Shown one piece after another: positions 8,961 through 17,287 of a DNA stretch of 49,754 nucleotides. The stretch is from the NCBI GenBank assembly GCA_964500525.1, contig CAZCOE010000066.1:1-49754 (forward strand). The letters are read 5' to 3'. Made by a program: the position numbers and the translations under genes. The first letter of the stretch is position 1; every line of letters starts with the position of its first letter. The notes under the pieces are model-generated. The model did not search any database, was not told the origin of the DNA, and saw nothing but the letters and a program-made list of their open reading frames with translations. Origin of the DNA: an uncultured Clostridia bacterium. Its GTDB lineage: Bacteria > Bacillota > Clostridia > RGIG7378.

Positions 8961-9926
8961 ATGGTAAATATTGGTGTTGATCTTGGCGGAACCAACATTG
9001 CCGCCGGTGTAGTGGATTTCAGCAACAGAATAATATGTAAGACGTCTATTCCCACCAATGCATCAATAGGCGCAGATGGTATTACCCGGGATATAGCAGG
9101 GTTGATTCAGTCCCTTATAGACAAGACCGGCCTTTCGGTGGACGACATCGCCACTGTAGGCGTCGCGGTTCCCGGCACAGCAGACCCTCTGGCCGGTGAG
9201 GTGGTATATACCGCCAACCTGCCCTTCCTACACTATGACATATCAGCTGAGCTGCGGAAATACATTCCCCTTAACAACATTTTGACAGAAAACGACGCCA
9301 ACGCAGCGGCACTGGCTGAGGCTATAGCCGGATCTGCCAAAGGCACCAGGGACTCTGTTATGATAACACTGGGCACCGGAGTAGGAGGAGGCATCATTAT
9401 CGACGGCAAAATTCTCCACGGCTGCAACTTCTCAGCCGGGGAGGTGGGGCACATAGTCATTTGCCATGGAGACCGGCTGTGTTCCTGCGGCCGCACAGGC
9501 TGTTGGGAAGCATATGCCTCTGCCACCGGGTTGATTCTGACTACCAAGGAGTACATGCAGAGCAACATCCGATCCTCTCTATGGGACCTGGTAGACAGAG
9601 ACCTGTCCAGAGTAGATGGCCGCACCGCCTGGATTGGAGCCCAGCAGGGAGATCCCACCGCATTGGCAGTCATCCGGGAGTATATAGACCAGCTGGCATC
9701 GGGAATAGTTTCCATTATCAACATCTTCCAGCCTGAGGTTCTCTCCATAGGCGGAGGCATCAGCGGACAGGGAGACAACCTGCTGATTCCCCTCAGAGAA
9801 ATTGTGTACAAATACCAATATGCCCGTCACTGCACTAACCAGACTAAACTATGTATTGCCTCTATGGGCAACGACGCAGGAATTGTGGGCGCTGCCGCCC
9901 TGGGTATGCAGAGCACTGTTAAGTAG
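8961..9926 (+). CDS. ROK-family glucokinase
   Basis: 321 aa. IGVDLGGTNIAAG, GEVGH, and the Zn motif CSCGRTGCWEAYAS. AGGAGG RBS 7 nt upstream. Confidence 0.85.
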   Translation: MVNIGVDLGGTNIAAGVVDFSNRIICKTSIPTNASIGADGITRDIAGLIQSLIDKTGLSVDDIATVGVAVPGTADPLAGEVVYTANLPFLHYDISAELRKYIPLNNILTENDANAAALAEAIAGSAKGTRDSVMITLGTGVGGGIIIDGKILHGCNFSAGEVGHIVICHGDRLCSCGRTGCWEAYASATGLILTTKEYMQSNIRSSLWDLVDRDLSRVDGRTAWIGAQQGDPTALAVIREYIDQLASGIVSIINIFQPEVLSIGGGISGQGDNLLIPLREIVYKYQYARHCTNQTKLCIASMGNDAGIVGAAALGMQSTVK

Positions 9927-9940
9927 AGGGCCTGGCGAAT

Positions 9941-10579
9941 ATGAAGTTAGAGATCTTCCCTCCCCGAATCAAGGCAATTGAAGACTGGTACCAATCCCAT
10001 GACGAAGACCGGCGCCTGGCTATCTGTGATTGGATCTCCACAGCAAACTGTATGATCGGTGCAGTTGCCCTGGGCCTGTTCCTGATGATGTTCATCATAA
10101 TCCATTCCGTAATTCCATCCGGCTCCATGATAGCTACCATCAATATTGGGGACCACGTTATCGGCAATCGTCTGGCATATACCTTCTCTGAGCCCAAGAG
10201 AGGCGACGTTATCATCTTCTATGCTCCGGATGCCAAGGCCTCCGGTTCCGATCTCATCTACATCAAAAGGCTTATCGGCCTGCCTGGGGAGACCATCGAT
10301 ATTACCGACGGCGTGATTACAGTCACCACTGGGGATGGGGAGGTATTTGTTCTGGAAGAGGACTACCTGGGCTCAATAGACGATAACAGCTATGGCAGAT
10401 TTGAGGTTCCTCAGGATCATTATTTCTTCCTGGGTGATAACCGCAAATCCTCCCATGACGCCCGGAAGTGGTCCAACAGCTATGTGCCTCGGGAGGACCT
10501 GATTGCCAAGGCCGTGGTCAAAATATACCCTAAGCTGGAGCTGTTCCATTCTCCGGCATATAACCTTACTGAAAAATAG
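9941..10579 (+). CDS. lepB: signal peptidase I
   Basis: 212 aa. IPSGSM (Ser box), YIKRLIGLPGE (Lys box), FFLGDNRKSSHDAR. Confidence 0.92.
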   Translation: MKLEIFPPRIKAIEDWYQSHDEDRRLAICDWISTANCMIGAVALGLFLMMFIIIHSVIPSGSMIATINIGDHVIGNRLAYTFSEPKRGDVIIFYAPDAKASGSDLIYIKRLIGLPGETIDITDGVITVTTGDGEVFVLEEDYLGSIDDNSYGRFEVPQDHYFFLGDNRKSSHDARKWSNSYVPREDLIAKAVVKIYPKLELFHSPAYNLTEK

Positions 10580-10698
10580 CATTTGAGGAAATGACAATTT
10601 TCGACTAATATAAACAAAACATAAACTTTTTTTGCAAACTACTACCAAACACGGCCTTTATATGCTATTATGTCAAAAAAACAAGGAGTTTATATACT

Positions 10699-11034
10699 AT
10701 GGACAAGCAAAAAATTGATTTATACTTAACCACTAATGCAAAGTACTTTGAGCCCTCTGCTATTCCGATTCTCAGAGCCAAGTTGGAGAATGCCAGCGAC
10801 GAGACACTCCTGACCCTGCAGGCATGTGAACTGAAGGATCCTACAGTGATGTTGCTGATTTCTATCTTTTTAGGTGGACTTGGTATTGACAGATTCATGT
10901 TGGGCGATACCGGTATGGGAGTTCTCAAGCTTTTGACCGGCGGCTGCTGCGGTATCTTGGCAGTTATCGACTGGTTTACTATCAGCAAGAAGACCAAGCA
11001 GAAGAACTTCTCCACTATTTCAATGATTCTTTAA
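10699..11034 (+). CDS. TM2 domain-containing membrane protein
   Basis: 111 aa. FLGGLGIDRFMLGDTGMGVLKLLT is the TM2 pattern. AAGGAG RBS. Confidence 0.8.
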   Translation: MDKQKIDLYLTTNAKYFEPSAIPILRAKLENASDETLLTLQACELKDPTVMLLISIFLGGLGIDRFMLGDTGMGVLKLLTGGCCGILAVIDWFTISKKTKQKNFSTISMIL

Positions 11035-11041
11035 TACTTTA

Positions 11042-11395
11042 GTGAAGAGAAACATTCTCATAGTTTTAATTGTTATTGGACTTGCTCTCACATTGAGTTT
11101 TCTTAATGTGAGAACATGTCCAATTTTTGTCTTATTTAAAATTCCCTGCCCCGGCTGCGGGATGACCAGGGCGGTATCATTGATTGTAAAGGGGCAAATA
11201 GCAGCCAGCTTGAGATATAGCGTTTTGCCCATTCCCCTATTGCTGGCTATTATAGCCTACGCAGTCTTCTACTTTATCAACAAGGACTTGCTGGATCGAT
11301 TAGTCAAAAAATACGATAAAGTAATAATTGCTTTCAGTGTAATAATCGCTGCTGCAGTCTGGATAATCAATATTAATAATCCACTTCTATATTAA
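11042..11395 (+). CDS. DUF2752-type membrane protein
   Basis: 117 aa with a GTG start. The CPGCGMTRA motif is followed by TM helices. It is often paired with TM2 genes. Confidence 0.7.
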   Translation: MKRNILIVLIVIGLALTLSFLNVRTCPIFVLFKIPCPGCGMTRAVSLIVKGQIAASLRYSVLPIPLLLAIIAYAVFYFINKDLLDRLVKKYDKVIIAFSVIIAAAVWIININNPLLY

Positions 11396-11461
11396 AAGAA
11401 GTCCACCCAAATGCCGGGATAGACTTCTATTTTGATGCTATTTAATTTGAAACTGCCCTTG

Positions 11462-11956
11462 TTATTTGCCGCAGCAGTTCTTGTATTTCTTGCCGCTGCC
11501 ACATGGACAGGGATCGTTGCGGCCAACCTTGTTGCTATGGGCCATTACATCGTGGCGGTACTGGGCGAAGATCTCAGCCCTCTTCTCCTTGGAAAGTACA
11601 TTGTCCCACTCATTCATCTCATACAGCCAGCTGGCCTTGGCAATATGCATATTGTAGAACAACTTCTCATAGTCGATGTCCAGAGTGATCTCGGAATCCT
11701 CTGTCAGGGAATCAAGGTCCAATGCTGCCTTGAGGCTGGTGTTAATTCCATCCAGGAAGCCCATAAATGTAATAGGCTCCATGTCGAACTGCTGTGCCAG
11801 CTCGGAAAGCTTGCCACTGTATACTACAGAAGTATCCGACAATATCTTCCTGTAATTGTCTGCCTCTGCTGCAAAGTAGCCATTCCAGAACCTCTGGCCC
11901 TGTCCGGACTGCATAATAGTCTCAACTGTATTGTTCCATGATTCGTAAAGTCCCAT
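11462..11956 (-). CDS. SEC-C metal-binding motif protein
   Basis: The C-terminus [18 protein letters not shown] is the SEC-C motif. Preferred start is ATG 11956 (MGLYESWNN...) with GAGAGGA upstream; the ORF track starts at 11977. Confidence 0.75.
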   Translation of the reverse strand: MGLYESWNNTVETIMQSGQGQRFWNGYFAAEADNYRKILSDTSVVYSGKLSELAQQFDMEPITFMGFLDGINTSLKAALDLDSLTEDSEITLDIDYEKLFYNMHIAKASWLYEMNEWDNVLSKEKRAEIFAQYRHDVMAHSNKVGRNDPCPCGSGKKYKNCCGK

Positions 11957-12032
11957 ACTTATCCTCTCATTAATCAAAATTTAACTTCAGGAATAATAAC
12001 TCTGTGGTGCAGAAAATGTCAATATCAGCAGT

Positions 12033-13721
12033 TTAGTCTGCAGCACCGGTGGTAACGTCCACTGTATCAGTGGTGACGTCCTCTGTGTCCGTAGTCACCT
12101 CCACACCCCCTGTAGTTTCCTCAGGAGGTCTGACGCCAACAGGGATATCCTTCATGTAGCCCTCCCGATAGTAGCTCAGAATAAGGTCCACAGCCATGCC
12201 ATATTTAGTGCCTGTCTGGTTGGCCCCGATGTGTCCGGCCTCTCCGCCGCCTTCCTGGACCTCAAACCAGTTAAACTGTCCGGAGGCTGCAATATCCCTG
12301 TTCATTGCATCGGAAAATGTGCTGCGGATGTTGAGCCAGGATGCATAGTCCATATCGTGAAGCTGGTCCATGCATTCGGACAGTCCCAACATTAGCCCGG
12401 AGTAGTTGTAATATGGGTCAGCATGGTTGACCGCCGATAGAAATGCCAGGAAGCTGCAGGCCTCGGAGTCTGCAAATCCCATCTGTTCTCCCAGATAGAA
12501 GCAGACTGTAGCAGGCATTTGATAGTCTGAGACACTGTTGTTAATCAACACCTCTCCGGTAAAAGGCTGATAGCAGCCGTCCCTGTCCAAACGATTGAGC
12601 AGCCAGGAAAACCCGGTGAACTTGGCCACCGACATTTTTAACTTCATATCACCCACAGCCAGTTCCTGCTGGAAGGATAGATTGCCAAAATACCTGATTC
12701 CCCGATTGATGCCATCTGCAGCATTGTTCAGATATGCGTTTCTGTCCGGGAGCTTCACTGTGCCATCCTGTGTCTCCCCCAGATATTCCCGAACCTCAGA
12801 GGCCCGGTACACCAGATTCTCACAGGCAGAGGTGAGCTCGTCGGCGGTGGCCTGTCTGGTGGGCAGGTTCATAACCTGATCCAGAGGCTTGCGGTATACG
12901 TTGATTCCAAAGAACAGCTGATAGATAAAGAACATAACTGCCAGGAATACGCACATGCCTGATGAAAAGCCTATAGCTGCATACCACTTGCGATATCCAT
13001 GGCGCTCAGCAGCTATGCGGTATATGGTATACCCAAGAGCCACCAGGATAATGGCCACAAGGATCCATGTGAGCACATCGGAGACAGCCATTGCAAAAAT
13101 AGAGCTGAATACATTGAGGACCATGCGGATAACATAGCCCAGTCCGTCGGAGTACAGAGACTCCACCTGATTGGTATAGCCGGATACCTTGGCCATTATG
13201 AATAGGGTCAGAGGGTAGATCAGGCAGATGAATGTGCGGTTGATTACCTTCTTCCAGCGGATGCGCTTCCAGAACAGCTTCCACTCCCGGGCAAAGCGGG
13301 GTTTGAACCTTTCCCATGCGGCCTTGGTCCTGCCGGGAAGTTCCTTAAAGAAAACCTTGGTCCTGCCGGGGAGACCCTTAAAGAAAGCTCTGGTCCTACC
13401 GGGAAGCTCCCTGAAAAATGTACCTGTCCGGGAAGGAAGGGTGGCAAAGAACCTGCCCACTCTCTTAAAGAATGGGAGCTTCTCCTCCGGAGGCTGTTTC
13501 TCAGCATCGGAAGCGGCCTGGGGCGCAACAGGTTTTATGGGACGAGTGTTGCGGACTGCGTTCTCCGGTGTCTGAGCCTGAGTCTCGGCGACGCTCGCCT
13601 CCGGGGCCGGACCCTGGGAGGGCGCAACATCAGCAGCATGCTCCTGCTGACTCTGTTTGCGGGCCTTGGAGCTGCTCTCGATCAAATCCAATAAATTGTA
13701 GTCTGTATTTCTGTCCTTCAT
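12033..13721 (-). CDS. DUF3810-like membrane protein with a long N-terminal extension and degenerate zincin motif
   Basis: 562 aa. The central-to-C-terminal part (YQPFTGEVLINN...PATVCFYLGEQMGFADSEACSFLAFLS...YSG) resembles my recollection of DUF3810. The N-terminus is low-complexity and holds 11-aa tandem repeats. The start overlaps the nrdR stop (ATGA). Confidence 0.55.
   Translation of the reverse strand: MKDRNTDYNLLDLIESSSKARKQSQQEHAADVAPSQGPAPEASVAETQAQTPENAVRNTRPIKPVAPQAASDAEKQPPEEKLPFFKRVGRFFATLPSRTGTFFRELPGRTRAFFKGLPGRTKVFFKELPGRTKAAWERFKPRFAREWKLFWKRIRWKKVINRTFICLIYPLTLFIMAKVSGYTNQVESLYSDGLGYVIRMVLNVFSSIFAMAVSDVLTWILVAIILVALGYTIYRIAAERHGYRKWYAAIGFSSGMCVFLAVMFFIYQLFFGINVYRKPLDQVMNLPTRQATADELTSACENLVYRASEVREYLGETQDGTVKLPDRNAYLNNAADGINRGIRYFGNLSFQQELAVGDMKLKMSVAKFTGFSWLLNRLDRDGCYQPFTGEVLINNSVSDYQMPATVCFYLGEQMGFADSEACSFLAFLSAVNHADPYYNYSGLMLGLSECMDQLHDMDYASWLNIRSTFSDAMNRDIAASGQFNWFEVQEGGGEAGHIGANQTGTKYGMAVDLILSYYREGYMKDIPVGVRPPEETTGGVEVTTDTEDVTTDTVDVTTGAAD
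13322..13453 (-). repeat. four tandem 33-bp repeats inside the CDS, encoding FF(K/R)xLPGRT(K/R)x units
   Basis: Plus strand: ccttggtcctgccgggaagttccttaaagaaaa / ccttggtcctgccggggagacccttaaagaaag / ctctggtcctaccgggaagctccctgaaaaatg / a decayed fourth unit. Protein: FFATLPSRTGT FFRELPGRTRA FFKGLPGRTKV FFKELPGRTKA. Confidence 0.85.
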
Positions 13722-14206
13722 TGACCGTCCTTCTCTCTCTTTAGCTCGTTAAGCTCATGAAGGAATTGGTCGATATTCTCGAAAGATCTGGTGACGGAGA
13801 CAAACCTGATATATGCCACCTCGTCAACATCCTTGATGCTCTGCAAAATGAACTTGCCGATGTCTGTGCTGAGGATCTCGTAGGTCCCCCCAAGCTTGGA
13901 GTCCTGGTACATCTTGTTGTAGACCATATACTCCACGTCGGAAACTATGCGCTCCATCTGCTCATCGGAAATGTCCCGCTTGTTAAAGGCCTTGATAAGT
14001 CCTGAACGAATCTTCTCCCGGTTGAAGGGCTGCTTGGAGCCGTCCCTCTTGGTTATCATAATCGGGGGCATTTCCACCTTCTCATAGGTCGTATAGCGCT
14101 TGCCGCAGGACAGGCACTCTCTGCGACGCCTGATACTCCTGCCATCATCGGCAGCTCTGGTCTCAATAACCTTATCGTTCTCTACACCGCAATATGGACA
14201 AAGCAT
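13718..14206 (-). CDS. nrdR: transcriptional repressor NrdR
   Basis: 162 aa. MLCPYCG...ECLSCGKRYTTYE zinc ribbon followed by an ATP-cone. Confidence 0.95.
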   Translation of the reverse strand: MLCPYCGVENDKVIETRAADDGRSIRRRRECLSCGKRYTTYEKVEMPPIMITKRDGSKQPFNREKIRSGLIKAFNKRDISDEQMERIVSDVEYMVYNKMYQDSKLGGTYEILSTDIGKFILQSIKDVDEVAYIRFVSVTRSFENIDQFLHELNELKREKDGQ

Positions 14207-14287
14207 CTGTTACCTCCCGAAATTTAAAACGAAAGCATAGCCTGACAGCCAGCATATACGGTGACATTCTATCACAACAAGTGCAAA

Positions 14288-15379
14288 TTATAAAGCCTGC
14301 TTGGCTGTAATATAGCCCAGCTCTGTAAGCAGCTCCGCCGTAAGCACTGCGCCGCCGGCTGCTCCTCTCAAAGTGTTGTGGGACAGACATACAAACTTGT
14401 AGTCAAAGAGGCTGTCCTCTCTCAATCTGCCGATGGTGATTCCCATACCGCCGTATATATCCCGGTCCAGCTTGGTCTGGGGACGGTTGTCCTCCTCCAT
14501 GTAGGTCAGGAATTGGGCAGGTGCATGGGGCAGCTTTGCCTCCTGAGGAAATGCTCTGTAGGATGCCCAGGCCTCCAGCATTTGCTGCTTGGTGGGCTTA
14601 TTCTTGAATCTGACGGAAACTGCGGCCATATGGCCATCGCTGGCGGGAACCCGGAGACACTGGGCGCTGATAACCGGAGTGGCAGCCGGAACTACCTTGC
14701 CATCCACGACGGAACCCCAGATTCGCAGGGGCTCCTGCTCGCTCTTCTCCTCCTCGCCTCCGATGTAGGGGATAACGTTGTCCACAATCTCCGGGAAGGT
14801 GTCAAAGGTCTTGCCTGCTCCGGAAATGGCCTGATATGTACATACAGATACCTGTGTAGGCTCGAAGTCCATAAGGGCTGTCAGCGCAGGGACATAGCTC
14901 TGGATTGAGCAATTGGGCTTACATGCGATAAATCCTCTCTTGGTGCCCAGTCTGGCTCTCTGGGCGTCGATAACCCGGGCATGCTGCCAGTTTATCTCGG
15001 GAATAATCATAGGAACGTCAGGAGTCCATCTGTTGGCTGAGTTGTTGGAAATCACAGGAACCTCTGCCTTGGCGTATGCCTCCTCCAGCTCCACAATAGC
15101 ATGCTTGTCCATGTTTACTGCGCAGAACACCATATCCACCCGGGATGCAACTGCCTCAACATCTGCAGCATCCATAACAACCATATTGGCCACGTCCTCC
15201 GGAATATCGGTTTTCATTGCCCATTTCCCGGCCATCAGGTCTCCGTATTTCTTCCCTGCAGACCTGGTGCTGGCTGCCAAAACCTCAATGCTGAACATGG
15301 GGTGATCTGCCAGGAGAGTAATAAATCTCTGACCTACCATGCCTGTTGCTCCGATAATTCCTGCTCTTAACTTGCTCAT
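14288..15379 (-). CDS. asd: aspartate-semialdehyde dehydrogenase
   Basis: Preferred start is ATG 15379 (MSKLRAGIIGATGMVGQRF...). Catalytic context CKPNCSIQ, ISGAG. The ORF track starts at 15409. Confidence 0.9.
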   Translation of the reverse strand: MSKLRAGIIGATGMVGQRFITLLADHPMFSIEVLAASTRSAGKKYGDLMAGKWAMKTDIPEDVANMVVMDAADVEAVASRVDMVFCAVNMDKHAIVELEEAYAKAEVPVISNNSANRWTPDVPMIIPEINWQHARVIDAQRARLGTKRGFIACKPNCSIQSYVPALTALMDFEPTQVSVCTYQAISGAGKTFDTFPEIVDNVIPYIGGEEEKSEQEPLRIWGSVVDGKVVPAATPVISAQCLRVPASDGHMAAVSVRFKNKPTKQQMLEAWASYRAFPQEAKLPHAPAQFLTYMEEDNRPQTKLDRDIYGGMGITIGRLREDSLFDYKFVCLSHNTLRGAAGGAVLTAELLTELGYITAKQAL

Positions 15380-15454
15380 AATAAATCCTTTCCCTTCATG
15401 GGATACCATGTGTGTCTCTCATGGCTGTTTTCCCCGGTTGTCCACCTCTCATGG

Positions 15455-15518
15455 ACATTGTCTGTGTGCTGTGGACAGACAATGTGGGCATTATAGCACC
15501 GAGGTATGTTATTTGCAA
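15455..15518 (-). promoter_or_regulatory. asd promoter with a perfect inverted repeat at the predicted transcription start
   Basis: Minus strand: TTGCAA (15518-15513), 17-nt spacer, TATAAT (15495-15490). Immediately downstream is an 11-bp perfect inverted repeat (15455-15465 / 15475-15485, (A)CATTGTCTGT-N9-ACAGACAATG(T)). Confidence 0.5.
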
Positions 15519-15979
15519 ACGATTTTCAGTGATAAATCCGCATTACTATAGCCTTTTTTTGCGGTAATTTCCTCTCCCAGAAAATCAGGCAGGGGAATAT
15601 CCCGATCCTCCCTGTCCAATTCCAATTCTGCAATAATCAGCCCCTGGTGGAATCCGTGGAAAAAGTCCACCTCCCATTCAAATCCGTCCAGATTAATAAC
15701 CCGGCGGGTTTTGTAAATTACCCTGGTGCCGCATAGGTTCTCTATCATGGATTCTGCGTCTGCCCGGGGAATCCGGTACTCATACTCGCTCCTGGCAAAA
15801 TGGCCCTGTGGGGGCTTGCCCTTGATGGTCACATATCCCTGGTCATCCCATACTCTGAATCGCACAGTGCCATTATCTCCACTGTACATATATCCCTGCT
15901 TAATCTCATGGTCCACACCGGGAGGAACCTTGGATCCGTCCGGCACTAAAAACCTGCGCTCTATCTCTGTATTCATCAT
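15509..15979 (-). CDS. CYTH domain protein (CyaB/ThTPase-like triphosphate tunnel enzyme)
   Basis: 156 aa. The N-terminal EIERRFLV resembles the CYTH ExExK signature strand. Size is typical of stand-alone CYTH proteins. Confidence 0.75.
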   Translation of the reverse strand: MMNTEIERRFLVPDGSKVPPGVDHEIKQGYMYSGDNGTVRFRVWDDQGYVTIKGKPPQGHFARSEYEYRIPRADAESMIENLCGTRVIYKTRRVINLDGFEWEVDFFHGFHQGLIIAELELDREDRDIPLPDFLGEEITAKKGYSNADLSLKIVCK

Positions 15980-15988
15980 ATCTCCTGT

Positions 15989-17020
15989 CTATTTGTAATA
16001 ATCCTCTATACCGGAAACCACAATTTCGACTATATCCACATCATCTATACGGGATTTCAGCTTGGCAATATTGGCGGTCATCCTCTTGTTGCCATAGCCT
16101 GCCTGTTCTCCCATGAGCAACTCTGTCAGCCTGACAACGTTGGAAAACATGTCTCTCTGAGGCCCGGGGCTGAAATCTATCACTCTGGTGGTCAATTCCT
16201 CCGGCCCGCCGTAGACCGCTCCGGGAAAGGCTCTCCGGCTGTATTCGGGAATGCACTGAATCCATGGCTTGCCCCATTTTGAAAGCATCAGGCTGTCGAT
16301 GGATGCAAAAATCCCGGGCAGCAGGTCCCTGAACTCACTGAGCTGCTCCCAGTTGTTGGCAAACAGGCAGCGCTTATCTGAGAAGGCGGTGAGTGCTGCA
16401 ATGTCCTCAAACTCCATTGTGCTCCGGTCAAAAATCCGGTCCAGAAATCTGCCGCAGTCGAACATGGCCCTGACCCCTTCGTCAGCCTCGTACAGGTCCC
16501 TGTACAGCTGCTCCACTGTCAGATATGCAGAGTAGTAATCCTCCACCCAGCGAGTCAGCTGCCTGGCAGCAGTCGGGTATCTGTCTATGCAGTGGGCCAG
16601 GAGCCTCATGAGCAGCTCTGCACCGGCTGCAGTGCCATACATCAGGGTCTGGTTGATCAGCTCATATGCGAAGCAGAGAATATAGCCCTCATCGGTGATC
16701 ATCTCTCTGCCCTCTGAGAACTCTCTGCGCCAATACAGATAGTAATCCCGCTGCTCAGGAGTCATATCGGAATAGGTGGGCAGCTCAGCCCTGAAGGGCA
16801 CAAAAGCTGTGGTCTCCCCTCCTGTGCCCAACCACCGGACAGAGTCCTCCAGGAGTACGCCAACCTTGGACCGGGCAGTCTGCCTGTCCATAACCGGCAA
16901 CAGGTGCTTGGACTGAGGAGATCCTGCCTGTCCCCGGGAACTCCGTTCTCCTCCTATGAGGGACCTCTGAAATGCCTCTTCGTCCGGATCCACATAGGCG
17001 GAAAATTTTCTCTTTTCCAC
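15989..17020 (-). CDS. hypothetical protein, TerB N-terminal-domain-like
   Basis: 343 aa. MTPEQRDYYLYWRREF...EGYILCFAYELINQ matches my recollection of the TerB_N pattern (YfYWR ... YELIN). Recognised from memory only. Confidence 0.45.
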   Translation of the reverse strand: MEKRKFSAYVDPDEEAFQRSLIGGERSSRGQAGSPQSKHLLPVMDRQTARSKVGVLLEDSVRWLGTGGETTAFVPFRAELPTYSDMTPEQRDYYLYWRREFSEGREMITDEGYILCFAYELINQTLMYGTAAGAELLMRLLAHCIDRYPTAARQLTRWVEDYYSAYLTVEQLYRDLYEADEGVRAMFDCGRFLDRIFDRSTMEFEDIAALTAFSDKRCLFANNWEQLSEFRDLLPGIFASIDSLMLSKWGKPWIQCIPEYSRRAFPGAVYGGPEELTTRVIDFSPGPQRDMFSNVVRLTELLMGEQAGYGNKRMTANIAKLKSRIDDVDIVEIVVSGIEDYYK

Positions 17021-17149
17021 GAACCGGCCACCTCCCTTCTCCCAATCAGCTCAATAATACAAAAATTATAACCGAATAAGTTTTCCATGGAAAGTGAATT
17101 ATGACCCTGACCGGCAAATATAATAGTGCAAAAGGAACAGCGAGGGAGC

Positions 17150-17287
17150 ATGACTCCGTTTAAGAAATATTTGTTGGTATTCTTGATTCTTGCCCTGGTG
17201 GTATGCGGCGTCCTGTCGGCTGTGGGTGAAAACAGTCGTCCGGTTACTGCAGCCAGCTCCATAATGTATGAAGGGCCGGTTCCGTAA
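17150..17287 (+). CDS. possible 45-aa small membrane protein
   Basis: Below the ORF-track cutoff. ATG 17150 is preceded by GAGGGAG. MTPFKKYLLVFLILALVVCGVLSAVGENSRPVTAASSIMYEGPVP. The 3' end overlaps the M50 protease ORF start by 20 nt in another frame. Confidence 0.3.
   Translation: MTPFKKYLLVFLILALVVCGVLSAVGENSRPVTAASSIMYEGPVP

Noticed and set aside
11397-11428. Hairpin AGAAGTC-N18-GACTTCT after the DUF2752 gene, as a terminator
   Set aside because: The stem is only 7 bp with a large loop and a weak T-run (ATTTT). It is too marginal to call.
15380-15508. Lysine (L-box) riboswitch upstream of asd
   Set aside because: The available leader is only about 100 nt and I could not find the conserved L-box helices. 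It is better explained as a promoter plus an inverted repeat.
16954-17262. 102-aa minus-strand ORF in the gap between the TerB_N-like gene and the M50 protease gene
   Set aside because: It has no RBS and overlaps the 5' end of the upstream gene. Its composition is unremarkable. The plus-strand 45-codon ORF with an RBS is a better, though still weak, candidate for this gap.
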